Shown here piece after piece: positions 52,847-64,000 of a DNA stretch of 64,000 nucleotides (positions are counted from its first letter, which is position 1; each line of letters starts with the position of its first letter). Below the pieces are notes generated by a model. It made no database searches and had not been told where the DNA came from. It saw nothing but the letters and a program-made list of their open reading frames with translations. The position numbers and the translations under genes are program-made. This DNA comes from Octopus sinensis (lineage: Eukaryota): contig NC_043006.1 in the NCBI RefSeq assembly GCF_006345805.1, positions 8,680,001 through 8,744,000 on the forward strand, read 5' to 3'.

Positions 52847-54191
52847 TGTGTGTGTATGTACAAATACATCTACCTATGTGCTATGTATTTAATTGCACAC
52901 ACACATACACAAACATGCACGGAGACACATTCGCACACATATACATAGATGATTTGAAATATTCCTTTGTTGCAAGCGGTTTGTAATTTTTAGGCCAATG
53001 ATATACCTTATATCATTAAACTTGTGACAGTTTGATAACAGAGAAGTACCAAGATTTTATTTAAACTTTGCGCTAACAATGTTTGCCATTATTGTTTTAC
53101 TCTATATTTTTGTGTCAATTAACGAGGCAGGTTTACTGTAAGATATGTAGATATGGTTTAGCAAATCCCATATTATTACAATAAGAATCGAGAGAACATA
53201 CAAATATTATTCTACTATGAAAAACAACAGCATGTTCCATTGCGGCATAGCATTTTATGTAGAATATATTGTACAATGCTTTTCTACAGCAAAGTTTGAG
53301 CTAAAGCGCTCAGCCCTTGTCACAATGCTTCTATATGTAACGTCAATTCATATCACTCTTATGAGGAAATGTTTCTGTATAAAATGCATCTTTCAACAAA
53401 AAGAATATATTATGGTATAAAATATAAAGTATGATATGTCCGAATATATTGGTATAAAACAATGTAGTTGTGTTATAGCTTTTAACATTTTATGCTAAAA
53501 ATTCTACCTCCTTCTGCGCATGTCATACTGCAAAATATTAAATAAATATTTAACATACAGAACTTGTACGTTATGTAGAATATTTTATAGGAAATAATAA
53601 TTTAAAATCGATCTTGTTTTTCATATTGGGAAAGTTGCCGAGGTATAATAATAAGCTTTACATTTACCCGGAATTTCTGTCGTAAAATAGTGGGTAAATA
53701 ACTAGTTTCTTCGAATTTAATAGGCATAAAATTACACTGTGAAAATAATTTTTTGAAGTAAGTTAAAAATCATCGAACTGAATGTTTTAATTTGAATATT
53801 GGAAAATATGTGATGTACATATCTTACATAAATCGTTTTGTATTATTGCTCACAGAACTGTGCTTAGAAGTTTGGTTTTATACGTAAGTTTATCGTTAAA
53901 CATTAAATCGAATAGTTACACAGACGTAAATTTATGATGAAAGTGTTAACAATTTGCAGCGTTCAAAATTTGCTATAAACAATATAATCTCAAACGAACG
54001 TAATGGTAAATATGTGATTATGGTGTTTATAGACAAGATTATAGATATACACGAGAATCTACAAGCGGAAACCTAACATACACAGGCGTCTCTCTTTAAC
54101 ATTTTCGAAAATTTACTCCTCTGTTTTCCTTGTAATTTCTCTTTCTCAATTCCTCTATCTATCATTTTCTCTCTCTCTATCTGTATATATA

Positions 54192-54258
<67 letters not shown>

Positions 54259-54499
54259 TATATATATATGTATATTTATATATATATATATGTGTGTGTG
54301 TGTGAGAGACAGATTGTGTAAAGTGTGTGTATGTATGTATATATACATTATATATATATATATATATATATATAAATACATATACATATAGATATACATA
54401 TGTATGTGAATAAATTATACACATTGAGTGCATGACACCACAAACGAGTGAAAAACTTTTAAACACACGAGAGAAAAGTAGAGGACAAAATACCAAATA

Positions 54500-54733
54500 C
54501 ACTCATTTACTCTTTTACTTAATCTTTTACTTGTTTCAGTCATTTGAGTGTGGCCATGCTGGGGCATCACCTTTAGTCGAGCAAATTGGCCCAAGGACTT
54601 ATTCTTGGTAAACCTCGTACTCCTCCTATCGGTATCTTTTGCCGAACCACTGGGTTACGGGGACGTAAACGCACCAGCTTCCGTTGTCAAGTGACATTGT
54701 TGGGAGAAATACAGGCACCCAAACATACACACC

Positions 54734-54778
<45 letters not shown>

Positions 54779-54960
54779 TTATGTATACATATATATATGA
54801 CGGGCTTCTTTCAGTTTCCGTCTACCAAATCCAATCAAATGGCTTTGGTCGGCCGGAGGCTATAGTAGAAGACACAGCCCAATGTGCCACGCAGTGGGAC
54901 AGAACGCGGAATCATGCGGTTGGTAAGCAAGCTACTTACCACACAGCCACTCCTACGCCT
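54500..54960 (-). mobile_element. SINE family C, full length
   Basis: Reverse complement of the 23963 copy, including the internal microsatellite. Confidence 0.88.
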
Positions 54961-55219
54961 ATATATATATATATATATATACAGTAACAATAACGGGTGA
55001 AATTAATTAATTTGGAATAATTATTAATTACACCAAGTAGATTTCGGCATGTAAAAGCCTCATTCGAGGAATATTTAAGTAATACTAAGCAATTAAGGGT
55101 TTAGCAACGTATATATATGTATATATATATATATAATATATATACATAACTACATATGCATACACACACACGTACACATATAGACACACACATATATATT
55201 ATATATTATTACACACATA

Positions 55220-55283
<64 letters not shown>

Positions 55284-55573
55284 TATATCATTATTTAATT
55301 GAAGTGCAGGCATCGATTCCCAAGTAAGTTATATATATATATTTAAGCAAAACGCACTCCCGTCCAATGGTGCAGTTACGTACAGGTTGACGGAAGAAAA
55401 GCAGGATAAAATTGGCCTCATCGTTCGCATTCTCACCTGGAATAGATACCTCGGTATCTATATACCGTCGGTATCTACATATCAAATTTGACCGCAATCA
55501 GATGAAGGATGCCTGAGATCCGAGAAGACTCACAGAGACAGACAGACAGAACGGATTTCATATAAGAGATATA

Positions 55574-56008
55574 CAGTAATCCCTTGACTATTGCGGGTCT
55601 TATGTTCTGGCCCACCCCGTCATATGTGAAAATCTCCAAGTTAAAAGCAATACTATGCTGCATATATTTTTATCATTATTATTTTTATATATTTATTTTA
55701 TTATAAATGTAAAGCAACACCACACACTCGCCTCCCGAGTTTCGTTTCCCATACAGTATGTGGGATTCTGTGTTTACTCATCTACGGTACACTACGTATT
55801 TTCTTTTCATATATTTTAATTAATATGTTATACAGTGCAGTACTGTACGGTATTCTTATTTATTAATTTATTAATTTTTATTGTGGGGGGATGTTTATTT
55901 TACCATAGAAATAAATCAAATCTAAAATAATATAAATGCCTATCAGCCGCAGAAATCCGCGATTTACGAAGGGCGCGATAGGTTAACCGCGTATATGGCG
56001 ATTGATTA

Positions 56009-56011
<3 letters not shown>
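55574..56011. mobile_element. MITE with Tc1/mariner (pogo-like) ends
   Basis: TA|CAGTAATCCCTTGACTATTGCGG ... CCGCGTATATGGCGATTGATTACTG|TA; imperfect TIRs, TA flanks, non-coding. Confidence 0.75.
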
Positions 56012-56063
<52 letters not shown>

Positions 56064-56333
56064 GCAATTAAGGACAACTACTTAATAAGGAAAAACTTAA
56101 CAAGAAATTGTCAGGTAGATAGCGTAAAAACCTCATAAGAGAAAAAATTCGAAAATAATTATTTCTTATTGAACATATTAATTTATATATATAGAGGGCA
56201 TTATACATACATGCCAGGAGGCATTCTACATACACGCCATACGCTAAGAGGGACAATCAGTCATTTCTACCAAAAATATTACTAATCCCACCGAATGCAA
56301 TTTTTCAAAGAAAGACATTTAAAAATATATAGA

Positions 56334-56376
56334 CCTGTATCACAGTGATTTCCATACTTACGTAATCATCAGCAGG
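56334..56376 (-). ncRNA. Minimal type I hammerhead ribozyme motif (extra G before GAAA)
   Basis: Reverse complement: CCTG-CTGATGA-TTAC(GTAA)GTAT-G-GAAA-TCACTGTGA-TA-CAGG. Confidence 0.75.
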
Positions 56377-56988
56377 CCCTGAATATACTAAATAAACAAC
56401 GACCCTGCTTCGCTTAAGCCGATCAGCTAACTGATCAACATCAACGAAGCACATGGTAGGTTTATAATACTATATCCGGATGAATGGCAAACTTTTACGA
56501 ATTGCATTTCGGGAGAGGAAAAAGTTTTTTCGGAATAAAAATTTAGCAATTAAGGACAACTACTTAATAAGGAAAACTACACAGAAAATGTCAGGTAGAT
56601 AGCGTAAAAACCTCATAAGAGAAAAAATTCGAAAATATTATTTCTTATTGAACATATTAATTTATATATAGAGGGCATTATACATACATGCCAGGAGGCA
56701 TTCTACATACACGCCATACGCTAAGAGGGACAATCAGTCATTTCTACCAAAAATTTACTAATCCCACCGAAGACAATTTCTTGTAAGTTTTCCTTATTAA
56801 GTAGTTTGTCCTTAATTGCTAAATTTTATTCCGAAAAAACTTTTCCTCTCCCGAAATGCAATTCGTAAAAGTTGCCATTCATCCGGATATATTAGTATAT
56901 ATAACCTACCCATGTGCTTCGTTGGGTTGATCAGTTAGCTGATCGGCTTACACGAAGCAGGGTCGGTTTTATTTATAGTATATTCAGG

Positions 56989-57029
56989 CCTGCTGATGAT
57001 TACGTAGTATGAAATCACTGTGATACAGG
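56989..57029 (+). ncRNA. Minimal type I hammerhead ribozyme motif
   Basis: CCTG-CTGATGA-TTAC(GTA)GTAT-GAAA-TCACTGTGA-TA-CAGG; AUA cleavage after 57025. Confidence 0.85.
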
Positions 57030-57465
57030 TCTATATATTTTTAAATGTCTTATCTTTGAAAAATTGCATTCGGTGGGATTAGTAATATTTTTGGTAGAAA
57101 TGACTGATTGTCCCTCTTAGCGTATGGCGTGTATGTAGAATGCCTCCTGGCATGTATGTATAATGCCCTCTATATATAAATTAATATGTTCAATAAGAAA
57201 TAATTATTTTCGAAATTTTTTCTCTTATGAGGTTTTTACGCTATCTACCTGACAATTTCTTGTTAAGTTTTCCTTATTAAGTAGTTGTCCTTAATTGCTA
57301 AATTTTATTCCGAAAAAACTTTTCCTCTCCCGAAATGCAATCGTAAAAGTTTGCCATTCATCCGGATATAGTATTATAAACCTACCCATGTGCTTCGTTG
57401 ATGTTGATCAGTTAGCTGATCGCTTAAGCGAAGCAGGGTCGTTGTTTATTTATAGTATATTCAGG

Positions 57466-57507
57466 CCTGCTGATGATTACGTAAGTATGAAATCACTGTG
57501 ATACAGG
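57466..57507 (+). ncRNA. Minimal type I hammerhead ribozyme motif
   Basis: CCTG-CTGATGA-TTAC(GTAA)GTAT-GAAA-TCACTGTGA-TA-CAGG; AUA cleavage after 57503. Confidence 0.87.
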
Positions 57508-57639
57508 TCTATATATTTTTAAATGTCTTTCTTTGAAAAATTGCATTCGGTGGGATTAGTAATTATTTTGGTAGAAATGATGATTGTCCCTCTTAGCGTA
57601 TGGCGTGTATGTAGAATGCTCCTGGCAGTATGTATAATG

Positions 57640-57727
57640 CCCTCTATATATAAATATATCTATATAATATATATATATTATATATATATATATATGTGTG
57701 TAGATATATATATATATATGTAATATA

Positions 57728-57759
<32 letters not shown>

Positions 57760-57879
57760 CATGTGTGATATATATATATGTATATTATATATATATAGGT
57801 ATATATTATTAATATATATATATAGTATATTATATATATATAGTATATATATATGTATATATATATATATATGTGTGTG

Positions 57880-57912
<33 letters not shown>

Positions 57913-58070
57913 GTGTGTGTATATATATATATATTATATATTATATATATATATAGACACATATATATATGGAGAGAGAAAGAGAGAGAGAGAATGAGAG
58001 AAGACGAGAAAGAGATTGATTGATAGATGGACTGATAGATAGAGAGGAAGATATAGATAGATAGATAATT
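57640..58070. repeat. Compound (TA)n/(TG)n/(GA)n/(GATA)n microsatellite
   Basis: Read directly. Confidence 0.95.
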
Positions 58071-58980
58071 CAATAATAGGCATTGCAATGCATTAAATGC
58101 AGCTACGTATGTACCCTATATTCATTACACGAAATTCCGTGCATAAATTCATTGGTTGCAGTAGCCAAATATTACAATACATCAGACTATTTAACATGAA
58201 GACGACATTTTCATTTAAAATTTTATTTATTTATTTCAGCTGGAGATATTGACTTTGTGTGAGGAGAAAAATTTCAAATCATCGATTATTTGGAATTTTT
58301 AATTTCCTCTCATCTCAGAAAATACTGAATATCTACTAACGAAACATTCATAAAGTACAGCCTTTTGAATAAATATTATCTCGTTCTTCAACTGCATATT
58401 ATATCTATTTATCTGCATATAATAAAAGCACACACACAAACACATATACACACTTAAATATATAAAGTATTTAAACTTTCATATGTGCATCAGAAAGCGC
58501 TGTATCTTATCATAAGTCTTGGGTGCGATAGTTAAGTTGTTCACAACAATTCTACTTTTGACGTATTTAAACAATGAGCGTCATATCACCAGTTAAGCTA
58601 GTGAAATCAGTAAACGAATAACGTAGATAAGGAAAATAGAAAACTGTTAGAGCTCCGGCGCAATTTTAAGCGTATATATGTGATTATGTACATATACACA
58701 TATGTACACACACACCACACACACACATATATATATATATATACACACATATACGTATATATATATATCTATATATATATGTATATATATACGTATATAT
58801 ATATACATATACATCCATACATACATCTATCTATCTATATATGTATGTATATATCTCTCTCTATATATGCATATATATATATATGTGTTTTTATATATAT
58901 GTATATATATGTTTATATATATGTATACACACACACACGCACACACATACACACACATACACACACACACACACACACAT

Positions 58981-59017
<37 letters not shown>

Positions 59018-59029
59018 CATATACATTTT

Positions 59030-59800
59030 GAAATTGAGTCAAACACAAATATTATTGAAACAATTCGTACTTCTAACATATGTTTCGAAGAAAGCATTGA
59101 GGTTATTCCGGATGGAATAAAAATGATGTAAAACAACGCAATCATCTTGTCAGGGAAAGGATTCTAAGTCTAGAAAGTGTGTTTATGAATGAAAATGTAT
59201 TTCCGTTCTTCATTCTTCATGTCTTGTTTTTTTTACATTGGTAGCTCATCATCTCAGATGTCGAAAAGAATATCTAACCATTAATCTACATTTAGATATA
59301 TCAATAAATGCAACAATACTGGCATCAGTAAATTAATTTCGCTCTCTAAAGGAACATAATAATCAATCCTATTTGGAATGGAAAATTGTATCTTGATCCT
59401 TCCCTTATGACAAATGTAAATCTTTATGTCCGCTCTCTAACGAAGATCAATTTCTCATCCTATTCTCGGAGAATATTCTTGTAAACACGTTCAAAGAATG
59501 TGTTTATCGTTGTAACTATTGGCAAACACATACCAGAAATTAATAAGGGTTGAAAATAGATCGGTTAAATGTTTCCCAAAATGGGCTGAAACATTATTGT
59601 CGATGATGATATAAGTAAAGCCAAGTATTACCCGTAACTTATGTAATGATTCATATTTTCCATGCGATAAACCCCCAGCACATTTAAAATATATTCGCTT
59701 TTTCAGCAATCGGCCATAGCCTATTACAAGGAATCTAGTTAGACATATTTCATTTAAACTTTCTAGATTATCTAGATTATCTGCTAATATTGATATCTTC
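59030..59800 (+). mobile_element. Decayed PLE GIY-YIG fragment followed by an inverted segment
   Basis: YIGSSSSQMSKRISNH*STFRYINKCNNTGISKL..EWKIVS*SFPYDKCKSLCPL; from ~59530 the minus strand reads NVSAHFGKHLTDLF. Confidence 0.7.
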
Positions 59801-60224
59801 AACCATAAAGCCAGATTTTATAACTCTGCCCTACTTAAAGCAGACTATAAACAAAAAAGAATTACGTATATTAACCCTATTGACATTAATTCTTACTCTA
59901 TTAATCGGGACATGAAAACACGTCATAACGGTTATAACAATATAGATGTTAGTTAAATCTAAAAATATAATTTTGCAGCGTAAGGGAGATAACCGTACTT
60001 AATAACCCTTTATACGAAAGGGAGGTAACCGTACTCCTAACCATTCATATTTATAACCCATTATAATAAAAATAAGTCTAGGACTTTTAAAGATAATTAA
60101 CCTAATAAGAAAGTGTGTCCTAGTAAAACTATGCGTCTGATCATTCCATATGGTATTCTGATCAAATCTAACCTCACTCTCCAGTTTCGTGATATATAAA
60201 AATTTTCCAAAAGATTCCAGATAC

Positions 60225-60452
60225 CTATTTCTTTATTAACCACAAGGGACTAAACACAGAGGAGACAAACAAGGACAGAAATAGGTATTAAGTCGATTAC
60301 ATCGACACCAGTGCGTAACTGGTACTTAATTTATCGACCCCGAAATGATGAAAGGCAAAGTCGACCTCGGCGGAATTTGAACTCAGAACGTAACGGCAGA
60401 CGAATTACCGCTAAGCATTCCGCCCGGCGTGCTAACGTTTCTGCCAGCTCCA
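60225..60452 (-). mobile_element. SINE family B
   Basis: Aligns with 35940-36174. Confidence 0.88.
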
Positions 60453-60459
60453 GATGCCA

Positions 60460-61560
60460 TGCCATTATCAATTCATACCAAACTAGGTTAGGGTTTTCAA
60501 ACACCAATGACCTTTCACAAATCATCTCTTCACATAACAATAAGTTGTTAAATACAAACGAACTTAATGAAAATAATAACAGTGATATTATTAACACTAA
60601 CTATTCTTTGGACAATAATAATATCAATAATAAAACTTCAGATATAATTTCGAATCGTATTCGTGTCCTTTGCAGTAATACTACGACTAGTAACTCTGCT
60701 TATCAATGAAAAATATCACAGTTCTTGATGTCTTTTTTCTTTAACATTGGTAGCTCATCATCTTAGTTGTCGAAAATAATATCTAACCATTACTCTACAT
60801 TTATACATCAAGAAATTCAACATTACTAACCTTAGTAAATTGATTTTTCTCTAAAGGAACATAATAAACAATTCGATTTGGAATGGAAAATCCTATCTAG
60901 GTCATTCCCATATGACAAAGGTAAATCTTCTTGTCCGCTCTGTAACGAAGATAACGTTTCTCATTCTTTTTGGAAAAAATTCTTGTAAACATGTTTAAAG
61001 AACTCGGTTATCGTTGTAAACATTAGCCAAAAGATACCTTTAGTTCCTATAAGTAAGTTCTTTCAATCTATAAAATGCAACCTTTAAATGTCTTGTTACA
61101 TTTCATTTCCACTACATATATCTATTTCCACGTTTTAAGCTTTATTCTCATTCATCTATCACACTATGTTTTTCCACCATAAATTTTCTGTTAATTTCTC
61201 ACTTTCAACTCCTTTTCTTAATTACCTATAACGTTAAATTTATTAACGGTTTTCTAAAATTAACTTGCCAACTTCCCCTTTATCATAAACGCGGTAATTA
61301 AAACGACTTCTTAATGTGCTTTGTTTCCCTTTTTTTACCCTGATGAGATGATTGCATTGCTTTACATCATTTTTATTCCCTTCGGAATAATCTCAATGCT
61401 TCGTTCGAAAAATGTGTTGCAAGTATAAATGGTTTAACTAAAACCTGCGTTTGACTCCATTTCTTAATTTATCTATGTTATACAAAAAACATTTCACTTA
61501 ACCCTGGAATTTCTACCTTTATAAATAACTCTGGTAACTATATATTTAATGTTTCAGTGT
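60460..61560 (+). mobile_element. Second decayed PLE GIY-YIG fragment with inverted segment
   Basis: LGFSNTNDLSQIISSHNNKLLN, IGSSSS*LSKIISNHYSTF, LEWKILSRSFPYDKGKSSCPLCNED; 61330-61440 is an inverted relative of 59050-59160. Confidence 0.75.
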
Positions 61561-61899
61561 TATTTGTACACACTGAAAATGCATACATTGATATATATAT
61601 ATATATACAGAGAGAGAAAGAGGGAGAGAGAAAGACAAAGCGTGAAAGAGAGAGAAAGAGGTTATGAGAGGTAATATGTCAATAAGACCCAAAGGTGTCA
61701 GGTAATTCTGAGTAAGAGCTATGGACAGACTATAGTTAAGATCCAGTTTCGGTGATTATGCGCGAATGCGGAGTCCAACGTAGGCATGTGTATATATAAA
61801 ATGTTTTTCAGAATGAGATAGAAATCCACTGGAGCAGGCTACCTACAATTGCCCGATTGAGAAACACGACTCCTCCAAGTGAAGTCCTGCCATAGAGGG

Positions 61900-62730
61900 C
61901 ATTTGGCCCGCAATTTGTTGATCGACATCGCAAAACATACGGAGAGGAAATTTGTAGAAATGTAAACGTACTACACACAAAGACACACAGACATCCTTTG
62001 TTGTGAGAACGCACAGATACCGTAAAGAAAAAAAGATGTGCACACACGACAAAAGTTTGAAATACACTGAAGTCCATTTTTCTGCATGTGTGGCAAAACT
62101 GAATTTACTCACATGGGTGAACAAAAATGATAGATAACTAAATTATTTTTCTGGGATAACATACAAGAATCGTAACAACAAAGATCTTTACGCATGACTA
62201 ATTTAAATACAAGGAAGTAAACTTGTAGACAGAACTTACAAACCTCGTATAGAGCAGTAGAAGACAATACATTGAATAGAAAAACCTGAGCCGCTTTAGG
62301 ATAGATTTTTCTAACGCACAACCGCTCAATGGCGTGGATAAAATCTCATTGATTAGTGATGAGGGCTTATCGGCTTTATGTCGCCCGTAGCGGTCTTACG
62401 TAAGCATGCACAACCGCAAGCACAACGTATTTCGATAGAAGGGGAGTTGTAAATAGTGTATCTAAATAGACGGAGTGCAAGAAATATAAAATAAGTAATG
62501 TTGTACGGAGAACGTACAAATACCGTAAATACAAAAATATTTACGCACGACAAAATTGAAATATGCTGAAGTCAGTTGTTACGCAGATGTGGCAAAACCG
62601 AATTTAAACACACTCGGTGAACAAAATTCAAAAGTAGCTAACTTAATTTTCAGGGAGAGCGTACAAAATCCGTAACAACAGAGATTTTTACGCAAGACTA
62701 AGTGAAGCACAGGGATTTGTAGGCAGAAGT
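61900..62730. repeat. Diverged ~500-bp tandem duplication, unclassified
   Basis: Anchors such as tggcaaaac (62091 / 62590), ggtgaacaaaa, cgtaacaac and tacgca recur at an offset of about 499. Confidence 0.75.
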
Positions 62731-62750
62731 TAGTGTGTGAGTGAGCTTCA

Positions 62751-62789
<39 letters not shown>

Positions 62790-63144
62790 AGGGAGGGAGA
62801 GATAGAAAGTGAACGGACTATTACGGATAGTGTGAAAGAATATGTGTAATAGAATGAGAGAATGAGAAGAAGAGATAGAAGAGAGAAATTAACACAGAGA
62901 GAGAAATGGGAGGGAAGTGGTTGAAAACTGCAGATATCTTTAGAGAAAAACCCGTGTGAAACACCGTCTTTCCCGGTTTTTCGCTTTATGCTAGAGCTCT
63001 GGGCAAAATGTTATATCGAGTGATGATCCTTTGCACATAAGTAATGTGTTGTTAACTGTGATGAAAATCGGTTGAAAACTATAGAAATACACACCTACTA
63101 CATACACACACATCCTTTGTTTTATATATCTATATATATATATA

Positions 63145-63425
63145 TAAACTGAAAGGAAACTGAAAGAAGCCCATCGTATATATTTATATATATATATATG
63201 TGTGTGTGTGTGTTCGTGTGTCTGTGTTTGTCCCCCTAGCATTGCTTGACAACCGATGCTGGTGTGTTTATGTCCCCGTTACTTAGCGGTTCGGCAAAAG
63301 AGACCGATAGAATAAGTACTGGGCTTACAAAAGAATAAGTCCTGGGGTCGAGTTGCTCGATTAAAGGCGGTGCTCCAGCATGGCCGCAGTGAAATGACTG
63401 AAACAAGTAAAAGAGTAAAAGAGTA
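63145..63425 (+). mobile_element. SINE family C, 5'-truncated
   Basis: ggaaactgaaagaagccc..ggcggtgctccagcatggccgcagtgaaatgactgaaacaagtaaaagagtaaaagag. Confidence 0.9.
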
Positions 63426-63895
63426 TATATAAATAACATATGTGTTTGTGTATGTGTGTGTATTTATTTGTCGATTCAAGTCCTCTGATCGCACAGAAGC
63501 ACCGTTGAAATATGCCCGTATTGTAATGAATATATTATATCGCGAAGCATCAATAATGTTAATTTGTGAGGTTCACTTTTCCTGAGTGTTATATCAAAAA
63601 TGAATGCTCTTCAAAGACGACGTTATTCCAGTTATATTTCACTTGTATTAGAGATGTGTATGTAAGCTAAATAAAGAAGGATATACATACGACAAACAAA
63701 AAAATACATATTCACAGACGAACTCCCATACACACTCATATTTATATATGTGTGTATATATATACACATTTTCTTTGTCGGTTCGGCAAAAGTGCCTGAG
63801 AGAATAAGTACTTGGCTTTAAAAAAAAGTTTTGATATTTAAAAAATATGGTCTACTAAAATCCTTCAGCTTGGTCACAGATAAATTACTGAAAAA

Positions 63896-63950
<55 letters not shown>

Positions 63951-64000
63951 TCTATCTATCTCCTTTGTCATAGAACCTCACCCCCCCAAAGAAAAACAAT

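Larger units (their letters stand above)
56061..57650. repeat. Tandem + inverted array of a ~480-bp HHR-containing unit between two (TA)n tracts
   Basis: Left arm 56061-56771 (repeat restarts at 56543, period 482); right arm 56772-57650 in the opposite orientation (period 478); HHRs at 56334(-), 56989(+), 57466(+). Confidence 0.93.

Noticed and set aside
56061-57650. CRISPR array or viroid genome
   Set aside because: No repeat-spacer pattern; eukaryotic genomic context with PLE-like architecture favours a retroelement origin.

Overview
AT-rich, microsatellite-saturated, repeat-dense animal genomic DNA. The SINE complement and simple-repeat density look like a coleoid cephalopod (octopus); this is inference from recognition, not a search. 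No host protein-coding gene can be supported, and almost all short ORFs in the track are microsatellite or antisense artefacts. The window holds: a near full-length CR1-type LINE (about 19.6-23.5 kb, minus) whose ORF1 carries two CCCH zinc fingers, plus three more CR1 fragments; several decayed Penelope-like elements (PLEs); a Helitron helicase remnant and three intact-ended non-autonomous Helitrons; Tc1/mariner remnants and a MITE; and three tRNA-head SINE families, several with clear TSDs. The main finding is a set of minimal type I hammerhead ribozyme (HHR) motifs read directly from the sequence: seven with intact or near-intact cores in four unrelated sequence contexts, plus decayed ones. 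They have palindromic stem III, sit in short inverted or tandem elements beside (TA)n tracts, and include a ~480-bp tandem/inverted array at 56.06-57.65 kb with one HHR per complete unit, a retrozyme-like architecture. Boundaries of decayed elements are approximate.
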